63,002 nucleotides of DNA from a virus, in IMG/VR virus record IMGVR_UViG_3300045988_138661. One strand, written 5' to 3'. Positions 42,668-50,998 of this stretch are shown piece after piece. The notes beneath the pieces were generated by a model. It did not search any database and had not been told where the DNA came from. It worked only from the letters and a program-made list of their open reading frames with translations. Numbering within the stretch: the stretch's first letter is position 1; each line of letters begins with the position of its first letter. The position numbers were made by a program, and so were the translations under genes.

Positions 42668-42850
42668 ATGAATATTGAAGTTGGTAATTCTTATTGTTTT
42701 GTCCCTTATCGTGGTCGTTGTTATCGTAGACAGTATCTTAAATGTACTGTTATTCGAGTATTAAATTATCAGATTGAAGTCCTTGATGAGCATGGTGAAA
42801 AATGGCTTCTTTCAGAAGATGATTTAATGCCAATTCAAAGACCTTATTGA
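42668..42850 (+). CDS. hypothetical small protein (60 aa)
   Basis: consensus promoter-leader directly upstream. Confidence 0.5.
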   Translation: MNIEVGNSYCFVPYRGRCYRRQYLKCTVIRVLNYQIEVLDEHGEKWLLSEDDLMPIQRPY

Positions 42851-43002
42851 CATTTTATAAAAAATATTATATAATATTTATATAAGATGAGGAAAGAAAA
42901 AAGAAAATAAAAAACTTTGGGTAAAAGAGAAAAGTTGATTTTTTAAAAAAAATATAATATAATAAATATATAAAGTAAGGATTTTAAAAGTCCTTCTTTT
43001 AT

Positions 43003-43550
43003 GGGAGTGTAGCTCAGTTGGTTAGAGCACGCGGCTGTTTACTTGACCTTATCATTTTCTTATAAAAAAATGAAATGAATAGTAAACAAAAAGGTAATAT
43101 TACCGAGCTTGAAACAATGTTAGCATTTATGAAACTTGGTTATAATGTTCTTACTCCTTACGGAGATTGTGAGCGTTATGATTTTGTGGTTGATGTAAAT
43201 GGTAAATTTATTAGAATTCAAGCTAAAACATCGCGAACCGAAGATGAAGGAGCTTCTTTTATTTTTTCTGGTAGAAGTTGCCATAGAAAAGATGGAAGAA
43301 TAGTTCATCATCAATATACTAACGAAGAAATTGATTACTTCGTAACTACTTTTAATGGAAAATGTTATTTGATTCCAGTGGAAGAGTGCGGAGCAGATAA
43401 AAGACTTCGTATTCTTCCACCTAAAAACAATCAAGTAAGAGGTATTACTTGGGCGAAAGATTATGAGTTGGAGGAAGTAGTAAGAAAATGGTAAGCTGAT
43501 GTGTAAGCAACCGCGGTTTGTCGTGAGTTCGAGTCTCTCCTCTCCCGCCA
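43003..43550 (+). tRNA. tRNA gene (Asp-GUC if spliced) split in the anticodon loop by a ~469-nt insertion
   Basis: 5-prime half gggagtgtagctcagttggttagagcacgcgg + 3-prime half ccgcg..gagttcgagtctc..ctctccc g cca; anticodon stems cgcgg/ccgcg complementary. Confidence 0.5.
43075..43494 (+). CDS. ORF inside the tRNA insertion; possible PD-(D/E)xK-type nuclease (139 aa)
   Basis: YDFVVDVNGKFIRIQAK resembles D..(D/E)xK core; location inside a tRNA gene. Confidence 0.35.
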   Translation: MNSKQKGNITELETMLAFMKLGYNVLTPYGDCERYDFVVDVNGKFIRIQAKTSRTEDEGASFIFSGRSCHRKDGRIVHHQYTNEEIDYFVTTFNGKCYLIPVEECGADKRLRILPPKNNQVRGITWAKDYELEEVVRKW

Positions 43551-43790
43551 TTGGGGCGTTAACACGGATTTTGTAAGTTTAAACTACCACCGATCGAAAG
43601 AGTATGTGGCTTGCGGAAAACGCCCGACTAAATATAAGGAAGCGAAGTAAAACTTATTGTGAAATAGTAGCTATACTCACATTAATCAAGGCTATGGGTT
43701 CTGGGAATCCAAAAGAGTAAAAGTTGGTTCGAGTCCTAACGATTGACGAAGTTCGAATCTTCGCGATGTGGGTTATAAAACTCTTTATTT

Positions 43791-43867
43791 GCTGGTGTAG
43801 CCGAATTGGCATAGGCGAATGATTTAGGATCATTAATCTGAAGGTTCGAGTCCTTTCTCCAGCACCA
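43791..43867 (+). tRNA. tRNA with anticodon UAG (Leu by anticodon) but short variable loop; A73
   Basis: acceptor gctggtg/ctccagc, anticodon arm aatga-tttagga-tcatt, T-loop ttcgagt. Confidence 0.55.
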
Positions 43868-43954
43868 GTCCCTCCCTGGGAATGCGTTGAAGGCTTGCGA
43901 ACTTTGAACGCAGGTGGTTGGCAACTCCATCTATACATAAATAAGTTGCGTTTT

Positions 43955-44033
43955 GGGCTTCGGGACTGCATGGCGTGGTCGTCTGTCTTGCACACAGAAA
44001 ATCAGGTGAGTTCGATTCTCACGAGGTCCACCA
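43955..44033 (+). tRNA. tRNA-Ala (UGC)
   Basis: G3-U70 pair present, anticodon loop cttgcac, T-loop ttcgatt, A73 CCA. Confidence 0.55.
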
Positions 44034-44433
44034 TTATATGGTTATATGGTGTAAAGAGTAAGCACGGCGGTTAAATAAACCGCAAATTTAGGAGCATTGC
44101 CTAATATAACCGATTATATGATTGGTGATAAAAGCAGCCAGAAATATTATCTTATTAATTAAAACTTAATACAATATACTAAACGATATAATAGATAAGG
44201 TATATTAATAAAATTTATATACAATAAGATAATATATACAAAATGCTAATAGTGATTTTGGTTCCAGCGCTAGGAAAGTTTTTCCCACTACGAAGAGAAA
44301 ATTTGAAGAGTTAGCGTAGTCTTGATAATTATGTCTTAAATAATTATCCCTTTTTGGCTCATAACCTTTTTTTGGATAAAAAATTATATTATATTTACCG
44401 TGATGCCGCGGAGGGACGGCCGCCCTAAAGTGC

Positions 44434-44600
44434 GATTAAGATTAGAAAGAAGTTGGAAGATCTTCTTAAAACTTCCATTAGATTAGAAAGAAGTTGGAAG
44501 ATCTTCTTAAAACTTCCATTAGATTAGAAAGAAGTTGGAAGATCTTCTTAAAACTTCCGTTAGATTAGAAAGAAGTTTTGAGGATTCTTCTTAAAAATCC
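44434..44600 (+). repeat. tandem array of four ~39-nt hairpin-forming repeats (gattagaaagaagttggaagatcttcttaaaacttccatta x3 plus diverged 4th)
   Basis: direct repeats read in sequence; each contains palindrome gaagatcttc within gaagtt..aacttc. Confidence 0.7.
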
Positions 44601-44610
44601 TCTTAGTTAT

Positions 44611-44698
44611 GCTTTGATGGCGGAATTGGCAGACGCGATCGGCTCAAACCCGATTATCCGAATGGATGGTGAGAGTTCAAGTCTCTCTCGAAGCACCA
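44611..44698 (+). tRNA. tRNA-Leu (CAA), class II
   Basis: acceptor gctttga/tcgaagc, anticodon loop ctCAAac, long variable arm atccgaatggat, T-loop ttcaagt, A73 CCA. Confidence 0.7.
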
Positions 44699-44878
44699 GT
44701 CACCTCCTTTAATTAGTAGGTTAATGTGAAAATGATAAGCATTTGTGAGTATTGACGGCGGTGGAGTGGCGACCATCGTTAACAAATATCGCTTCTTGGT
44801 TGGTCTTTTAATCTTTTGACATTTTATAAAAAATAAGTTATAATATTTATAGAAAGTTAAGAAAGGAAGATTTAAATT

Positions 44879-44986
44879 ATGTATAATGATTACTATGAAA
44901 GCTATGCTTGTGAGATTCAGAGTGATGAATATGCTGCTTATCAGGATCTTTCCCTTTATGAAGATGAGGATGAATACCGTGAATAA
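44879..44986 (+). CDS. small acidic peptide (35 aa)
   Basis: ATG at consensus distance from promoter-leader aagga; alternative overlapping frame 44886..45134 exists in ORF track. Confidence 0.35.
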   Translation: MYNDYYESYACEIQSDEYAAYQDLSLYEDEDEYRE

Positions 44987-45138
44987 AAGTTATATGAAAA
45001 AGAACAAGGAAGAGCTTAATGAGTATCTTCAATTGTTTCGGCGCAGAGGATTTAAAGTTCCTGCGAAGAAAGGCAAAGGCTCATTTAAGCGAAAACAAAA
45101 GCACAAAAATCAAGATTATGATAGATGTGCTTAAATAT

Positions 45139-45212
45139 GGCCTCATCTACTAATTGGCTTAGGTGGCAACCCTCTCAAGGTTGAGATGTCAGTTCGAATC
45201 TGGCTGAGGTCA
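45139..45212 (+). tRNA. tRNA-Glu (CUC) candidate
   Basis: acceptor ggcctca/tgaggtc, anticodon arm caacc-ctctcaa-ggttg, T-loop ttcgaat; D-stem needs G-U pairs. Confidence 0.45.
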
Positions 45213-45282
45213 GGGATATAAATTCTACAACCTTCACGTGGTATATCCTGTTTTTACTAATGTAGAATAAAATAAATAATAT

Positions 45283-45360
45283 GCTCCTGTCGACAAGTGG
45301 GCTTAAGTCACTAGCCTTTCACGCTAGAGTCGTTGGGTTCGAATCCCACCAGGAGTACCA
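45283..45360 (+). tRNA. tRNA-Glu (UUC)
   Basis: anticodon arm ctagc-ctttcac-gctag, T-loop ttcgaat, CCA. Confidence 0.6.
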
Positions 45361-45364
45361 TATG

Positions 45365-45439
45365 GCCCTGGGGGCAGTCAGCAGAGCCGCCAGCCTGTCA
45401 CGCTGGAGATAGCGGGGTCGGCACCCGTCGGGGTCGCCA
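45365..45439 (+). tRNA. GC-rich tRNA-like element, possibly tRNA-Asp (GUC) with atypical T-loop gtcggca
   Basis: acceptor ggccctg/cggggtc, anticodon arm ccagc-ctgtcac-gctgg, G73 CCA; ~70 percent GC vs ~35 percent surroundings. Confidence 0.4.
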
Positions 45440-45599
45440 TACGTTGGCATCATTCTTATGTCTATGTTAGTGCGCAGGCGGTCGCACAAAAGCCTCTACA
45501 AAAGTTGGCCATTTGATGAGGTCTATTAAGAATTTTGGGACGATGGGTTAGAAAGTCCAATAGATATAATGGTCGCGAATATTATATCTATCCCATTTT

Positions 45600-45675
45600 C
45601 GGTCAATAGCTTAATTGGTAGAGCATTGTTCTCATAAGACAAGGAATATTAGTTCGATTCTAATTTGACCGACCA
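45600..45675 (+). tRNA. tRNA-Met (CAU), elongator-type
   Basis: acceptor cggtcaa/ttgaccg all Watson-Crick, loop ctCATaa, T-loop ttcgatt, CCA. Confidence 0.7.
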
Positions 45676-45676
45676 T

Positions 45677-45755
45677 TGCGGAAGAGTGAAACGGATTTAT
45701 CATGCCAGGCTCATAACCTGCGCGATATTGGGTTCGACTCCCATTTCCGCAACCA
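45677..45755 (+). tRNA. second CAU-anticodon tRNA (Met or Ile2-lysidine type)
   Basis: acceptor tgcggaa/ttccgca, loop ctCATaa, T-loop ttcgact, CCA. Confidence 0.6.
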
Positions 45756-45787
45756 TAAGACACACACAGCAATCATTTTCTATTGAA

Positions 45788-45860
45788 AATATTTTAGCTC
45801 ATTTGGTAGAGCATTTGTCTGTTAAACAAACTGTAGTTGGTTCAAGTCCAACAAATATTT
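45788..45860 (+). tRNA. tRNA-Asn (GUU), all-AU acceptor stem, no encoded CCA
   Basis: aatattt/aaatatt acceptor, D-arm gctcatttggtagagc, loop ctGTTaa, T-loop ttcaagt. Confidence 0.6.
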
Positions 45861-45905
45861 CATTTGTGTCTTGTAAATTAAAATAATCCAAAAGGAGATA
45901 TCTAA

Positions 45906-46109
45906 ATGAAGTTTAAGTTTAAGCCCGGCGACAAGGTTTATTCTAAGAAGTACGGTAAGGGCTTTTGCCATCAGGTTGATGAACAGGATAAGGATTTTAC
46001 TTATGATTTCCATTTTAAGGATAGCACAATCATTTGGATGTCCCGATATGATGGTGAGCGTTATGTAAAGTTCCGCAGACCGAAGAACGTGGAACCCGCA
46101 AACGCATAA
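45906..46109 (+). CDS. hypothetical basic protein (67 aa)
   Basis: RBS aaaaggagat. Confidence 0.5.
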   Translation: MKFKFKPGDKVYSKKYGKGFCHQVDEQDKDFTYDFHFKDSTIIWMSRYDGERYVKFRRPKNVEPANA

Positions 46110-46323
46110 TTTATCTTTCCTTTCTTTTTGAATAATTAAGGCGCTAACAGCAAACTTTAAAACATCAATGTACGAAATACATATGCTTAGGATTGTTTAT
46201 AGCGTCTTGTTCTATTTATATTGTTGATGTAGTACGATAAATAAAATATCACATTCTTTTAGTCAATTTTAAAGGAAGAATGACTACGTGGAGAATCGGG
46301 AATCGTAGCAATATAAATATTAT

Positions 46324-46399
46324 GGGTGGATAGCTCAGCTGGTAGAGCGTAGGATTGAAGATCCTAGCGTCGGCAGTTCGATTCTGTCTCCGCCCACCA
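46324..46399 (+). tRNA. tRNA-Phe (GAA)
   Basis: gggtggatagctcagctggtagagc D-arm, loop ttGAAga, T-loop ttcgatt, A73 CCA. Confidence 0.75.
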
Positions 46400-46808
46400 A
46401 AAGACCAACAAATGAGGAACCTCTTTGCTGCTCGAGGCTGTTGGAATGCCTGTTAGAAAGGCTACTCTTCTATATATTTAGATATATAGAAACAAAAGAC
46501 TATACAATAGAGAGAGTCTTTTACATCTAGTTCATTTTCTTACTTATCTTTCTGTTTGATTTCCCCTTTCGTTTGATATATAGATTGTTGTTTTCTCTCA
46601 CTTCCATAGAAATGAATTGTTTTTCTACTCTCTATTTTGTTTCATAAAATTAAATAAAAAAGGAGGATTATCTGATATGTTTAAAGATGTTGATGATTTG
46701 ATTTTCGGCGATGAGCGTGAATTTTGTCCTAGCGAACGATAAGCGCGGTCGCCTACCTAATGCTACCATAGGCTGGTTCCAAGTCCAGAAAAGCAGAGGA
46801 GGTAGAAT

Positions 46809-47045
46809 ATGAAAAATATTTTAAGTTATAAAAATCCTTGTTTTAGCGGTCAAGAAATTCTTGATTGGGCTAATTATCAAGTAAATAATAAAACTTCTCA
46901 TTATAAACAGGGATTGAGAGTTTTAAATTTATTTGGTAATATTAAACCTGATAGAAAGTATTATATTTTTAGTAATTATCGCACTTGGCATAGTTATTGT
47001 GGATATAGTATTAAGCATAAACTAATCATATATAGGTATAAATAA
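46809..47045 (+). CDS. hypothetical protein (78 aa)
   Basis: RBS agaggaggt. Confidence 0.45.
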   Translation: MKNILSYKNPCFSGQEILDWANYQVNNKTSHYKQGLRVLNLFGNIKPDRKYYIFSNYRTWHSYCGYSIKHKLIIYRYK

Positions 47046-47046
47046 T

Positions 47047-47134
47047 GGAGCTATGGTGTAATGGTATCACAAAAGCCTGCTAAGCTTTCCTACCTTTATA
47101 GGTAGTCCGCGTTCGACTCGCGGTGGCTCCGCCA
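47047..47134 (+). tRNA. tRNA-Ser (GCU), class II
   Basis: loop ctGCTaa, long variable arm ctacctttataggtag, T-loop ttcgact, G73 CCA. Confidence 0.7.
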
Positions 47135-47161
47135 TTAAATTTTAAATTAAGAGGATTAAGT

Positions 47162-48301
47162 ATGAATATTGTAAATGCTGGTTCTCGCTATCAGATTTAT
47201 GGCGAGGACGTTAAGACTTATAAGCGACTTCCGCTTATGTCTTTTGAAATCTGTTTTAATAAAATGGCAGGTTTTTATCTTTCTTCTCGTCCAGACCTTG
47301 CGGTCAATGAGGAAAAGATTTATGGTAATCACGAAGTTAAAGTCAATAAAGTGCTTAATTCTTTTAAGCATTCAGACCGTAATCTTGGTGTTATTTTAAG
47401 TGGGCAGAAGGGTATTGGTAAGTCATTGTTTGCTCGTATTCTTTCTCATCATGCTATTGAAGATGGTTATCCTGTTCTCTTGGCTAATACTTATATGCCT
47501 GGTATTGCGGATTTTATTTCCAGTATTGAACAGGAAGTTGTAATCATTTTTGATGAGTTTGAAAAGAATTTCTCTAATAGCCCTGACGATCATGCGGGCC
47601 CCTCTCCGCAGGAGGAAATGCTTTCTCTTTTTGATGGTCTTGATAATGGTAAGAAGCTTTTCGTTATTACTTGTAATGAAGTTGATCGACTTAGCACTTA
47701 TCTATTGAATCGGCCTGGTCGTTTTCATTATCATTTTAAGATCACTTATCCAACAGAGGAAGAGATTGTAGAATATCTTACTGATAAGGTTAAGCCTAAA
47801 TATGCGAGTGGTATTAAGGATATTGTGAATTTTTCTCGTACTACCAATATGACTTATGATTATCTTCGCGCGATTGCTTTTGAACTTAATCAGGGTTATG
47901 GTGTGGCAGAAACTCTTGAAGACCTTAATATTTCTCAAACTTCCAATGTTCGTTTCAATATCACTATTACTACGGTAAATGGTGATGTGTATAATACCTA
48001 TGGTGTTTCAGTTAATTTGTTTAGCAATCCTAATGCCAATCATCAAAGATGGTATGATGGTTATACCTCGGATAGTAAGACTATTCGTTATGCCTTGACT
48101 CCTGAATCAATTAAGATTGAAAAGGGTATGATTACGGCCGATCCGAAAAAGGTTGAAATTTACATTGATCCTGACGACTTTTGGACGATCAGCAATGAGG
48201 AAAAGCGTAAGGAAGCTATCGAAAAGGCTAAAAATGAGCGCGTGATTAAGTCTGTTGTTTTAACTAAGGTCGCAAATACTATTGAACAGTATCTTTATTA
48301 A
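47162..48301 (+). CDS. AAA-family ATPase (~380 aa)
   Basis: Walker A GQKGIGKS, Walker B VIIFDEFE, second-region-of-homology NRPGRFHYHF; start moved from 47123 (overlaps tRNA) to ATG after RBS aagaggat. Confidence 0.65.
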   Translation: MNIVNAGSRYQIYGEDVKTYKRLPLMSFEICFNKMAGFYLSSRPDLAVNEEKIYGNHEVKVNKVLNSFKHSDRNLGVILSGQKGIGKSLFARILSHHAIEDGYPVLLANTYMPGIADFISSIEQEVVIIFDEFEKNFSNSPDDHAGPSPQEEMLSLFDGLDNGKKLFVITCNEVDRLSTYLLNRPGRFHYHFKITYPTEEEIVEYLTDKVKPKYASGIKDIVNFSRTTNMTYDYLRAIAFELNQGYGVAETLEDLNISQTSNVRFNITITTVNGDVYNTYGVSVNLFSNPNANHQRWYDGYTSDSKTIRYALTPESIKIEKGMITADPKKVEIYIDPDDFWTISNEEKRKEAIEKAKNERVIKSVVLTKVANTIEQYLY

Positions 48302-48304
48302 CGC

Positions 48305-48345
48305 GACGGCCGATGTAAAGTGAATATACTTTACATCGGCCCCTT
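48305..48345 (+). terminator. rho-independent terminator (ggccgatgtaaagtgaatatactttacatcggcc + T-run)
   Basis: long perfect inverted repeat. Confidence 0.75.
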
Positions 48346-48441
48346 TTGACTTTATAAAAAAAATATTATATAATAAATATATAAAAAATAAGAAAATGCT
48401 TTTGTGATGGAATTGGTATACATACTAGACTAGGTGAAATT

Positions 48442-48597
48442 ATGAATTATACCATAGATTAGTTAATCGCTGAATGGAAAGATTAGATTGCTTCTATGAA
48501 GTATTATAATTATAGTCCAGAGATTATTGATAAAAATGAGTAGATTCTTACTTATTTCCAAGAGTTAAAGGAGTATAAAAATGGAAATCGAACGTAA
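48442..48597 (+). CDS. small protein (~51 aa) with three in-frame TAG
   Basis: MNYTID*LIAEWKD*IASMKYYNYSPEIIDKNE*ILTYFQELKEYK reads as plausible protein if TAG=Q. Confidence 0.35.
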
Positions 48598-49099
48598 GTT
48601 TGATATTAAAAATATTCCTTCTTGGATGAAGGAAAAAAGTGTTCGTCATAAGAAAATTGAGCAAATCTATCTTATGATTGACTTTGATAATGATGGTAAA
48701 GTGCTTGAAGAAATTCGAGCGCGGAAAGCTATTAATCTTAAAACCAATCAAGTTGATTATAAGATGACTTATAAATATGGTGATGGTCTTTCTCGTGAAG
48801 AAATTGAAACGCCAATTTCCTCAGATTTCTATGAAATGATTAAGAAAACTCGACATGAAGGTTATAATCCTATTATTAAGGATTATTACATGGTTGAAGA
48901 TATTTACAATCCTAATCGTTTGATTGAAATTAGTGAAGTTGATGGGAAATTTTGCTATGCAGAAGTTGAATTTCCTGATGAAAAGACTGCTAATGAATAT
49001 ATCTGGCCTTATCCTGAAATCTTAGGGCCAAAAGGTGAAATGACAAATCAGCCTAATGAACGAATGTCAGTTTATTGGTTGAAATCGCGGGTTTCTTGA
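48581..49099 (+). CDS. CYTH / triphosphate-tunnel metalloenzyme family protein (172 aa)
   Basis: N-terminal MEIERKF (ExExK signature of CYTH domain). Confidence 0.55.
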   Translation: MEIERKFDIKNIPSWMKEKSVRHKKIEQIYLMIDFDNDGKVLEEIRARKAINLKTNQVDYKMTYKYGDGLSREEIETPISSDFYEMIKKTRHEGYNPIIKDYYMVEDIYNPNRLIEISEVDGKFCYAEVEFPDEKTANEYIWPYPEILGPKGEMTNQPNERMSVYWLKSRVS

Positions 49100-49110
49100 C
49101 TCGCCGATCT

Positions 49111-49259
49111 GGGGTGGTAAGTCAAAGGCTAGACTAGGCGACTTATCTGTGAGTAGTTTAAATGGTAAAATAACGGTAGTACTACGAAGATTTAGGTTCA
49201 AGGCCTAATTCACAGGCCAAATCGCTCAATGGTGAGTTCGAGTCTCCCTCGCCCTACCA
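49111..49259 (+). tRNA. tRNA gene split in anticodon loop by ~70-nt insertion (Trp-CCA if exon junction follows group-I-like U/G rule)
   Basis: 5-prime half ggggtgg ta agtc aaaggcta gact a ggcga ct; 3-prime half tcgct caatg gtgag ttcgagt ctccc tcgccct a cca; stems ggcga/tcgct pair. Confidence 0.45.
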
Positions 49260-49371
49260 GTGTCATGGTATTTCCTTTCTTAACTAAATAAAGACTCATA
49301 CAGCAACTTTTTTGCTTACAATAAGCGCTTAATGTGGGATTAAGAAGAATGAAGAGTCTTGTAGCGAATTT

Positions 49372-49448
49372 GTCCCCGTAGTTCAGTTGGATAGAACAAA
49401 GGATTTCTAATCCTTGTGTCGGGCGTTCGAATCGCTCCGGGGATGCCA
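49372..49448 (+). tRNA. tRNA-Arg (UCU)
   Basis: D-arm gttcagttggatagaac, loop ttTCTaa, T-loop ttcgaat, G73 CCA. Confidence 0.7.
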
Positions 49449-49508
49449 AGGGTATATTTCATTAATAAAAGTCATTGAAACCTTAAAAATATTAAGGAAG
49501 GTGATTTG

Positions 49509-50366
49509 ATGAAGATATATTCTCCAAGTAATTATTCATATATAAAAATTATTGAAATTCCAAAAGAAGAAATTAGCAAGTTGGATATGGCGTTATGCGC
49601 TCAACCGCGTTAGACTTTAAAGCAATACTATGATAGTTGCGCGGTTAAACCTACTATTTTAACTAATGGTGGTTTTTTTAGCATGGATAATGGTGGCACT
49701 TGTTTTAATTATATGGACGATGGCGTAATCATTAATTCCACTTCTTCTTATAAAGAAGGTTTTGGTATTATTAATGGTGAATTGAAATACGGTATAATTG
49801 GAACAGAAAAGTTTGAAGATTTTGTTAGCGGTTATCCAGTATTGATTAAAGCTGGTAAAAAAGCTCAAATTACTTATGCTAAAGAGTTAAATTATAAAGC
49901 TCGTAGAACAGTATTAGCATATAATAAATTTAATATTTATTTAATTGCTATTGAAAAGCCAGGTATGGCATTTACAGAAATGTAGAATTTACTTTTAGCA
50001 TTAAAAGTTGATTATGCAATTAACCTTGATGGCGGTGGTAGCACAAAAGTTCTTCATAATGGAACTTGTATCACTAAGGATTGGGGCGATCGCGCAGTCG
50101 ATAATGTAATGGCTATTTATCTTAAACCGCAAATTATTTATCGCGTTCAACTTGGTGCTTTTGGATCTAAATCCAACGCTGACGCTTTCTTATTGAAAAT
50201 TAAAGCATTACCTGATACTATTGGAGCAGGTTATAAAAATGCTTATATTCGTAAAATTGGTAAGTATTATAAAGTTCAAGTTGGTGCTTTTTCTGTCAAA
50301 GCAAATGCTATAAAAGTAATTAATGATTTAAAATCAAAAGGTTATAATGCGTTTTTAACTACTTAA
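49509..50366 (+). CDS. cell-wall-associated protein: phosphodiester-glycosidase-like core (NLDGGGS) plus two C-terminal SPOR repeats (~286 aa, two in-frame TAG)
   Basis: ATG 49509 after RBS aaggaaggtg; track ORFs 49683 and 50109 are in the same frame separated by TAG; YRVQLGAFGSKSNA and YKVQVGAFSVKANA SPOR-like repeats. Confidence 0.5.
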
Positions 50367-50561
50367 TAAAACTTTTTGACATTTTAAAAAAAATATTATA
50401 TAATAAATATATAAGTTAAAGACATTAACAGCAATTTTGATTGCATGCCAAGCCGGAAGTGTAGGTTCGATTCCTTTCATCCCCTGCCATTATATAGGGG
50501 ATTAGTTCAATGGTAGAACGCCGTAAATCAATGGTGTCTTGTTCTAATAAGGAGAAATATT

Positions 50562-50768
50562 ATGCTTTGTTATCGTGTTGCGGTTCAAAATAGCCCTTTA
50601 TATTTTCCCGTAGATTTCAAATTCAAAGAAAATGCTGAAATTCTTTGTAATTATTTATCCAAAAGAGATGGAAGAACTGATTATTATATTGCAGAAATTT
50701 TCTATGAAATTGGTCTTCCGGATTATCAAGATGAAAGAGTTCTTTTACTTCTTTCTCAAAATAAATAA
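50562..50768 (+). CDS. hypothetical protein (68 aa)
   Basis: RBS aaggagaa. Confidence 0.5.
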   Translation: MLCYRVAVQNSPLYFPVDFKFKENAEILCNYLSKRDGRTDYYIAEIFYEIGLPDYQDERVLLLLSQNK

Positions 50769-50845
50769 TGTTTGGTAGCTCAGTTGGTTAGAGCACCGTG
50801 CTGATAACGCGGGGGTCGAGGGTTCGAGTCCCTCCCAGACAACCA
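50769..50845 (+). tRNA. tRNA-Ile (GAU)
   Basis: D-arm gctcagttggttagagc, loop ctGATaa, T-loop ttcgagt, A73 CCA. Confidence 0.7.
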
Positions 50846-50922
50846 TAAGACCAGAAGTAACTGCAATTAAAACATCTGACTTAAAATCCGACTCCTTTAA
50901 CAAGGTCTGGTCTTGTTTATAT

Positions 50923-50998
50923 CCGGGTGTAGTTCAGTTGGAAGAACGCTTGATTTGGGTTCAAGAGGCCGGACGTTCAAGTCGTCTCACTCGGACCA
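50923..50998 (+). tRNA. tRNA-Pro (UGG)
   Basis: D-arm gttcagttggaagaac, loop ttTGGgt, T-loop ttcaagt, A73 CCA. Confidence 0.7.

Noticed and set aside
43039-43507. conventional group I intron interpretation of the 469-nt tRNA insertion
   Set aside because: Only ~50 nt lie outside the ORF, too little for P3-P9; kept as open question rather than a call.
43120-43551. minus-strand ORF inside the tRNA insertion and minus ORFs 43654..43995 / 43736..43930
   Set aside because: Antisense to the insertion ORF or running through several tRNA genes; no start signals.
44434-44600. CRISPR array
   Set aside because: Units abut directly with no unique spacers; just a tandem hairpin repeat.
44886-45134. 82-aa basic ORF from the ORF track
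   Set aside because: The ATG at 44879 in another frame sits at the consensus distance from the leader; 44886 start is too far from the RBS. A shorter basic ORF from 44994 remains possible.
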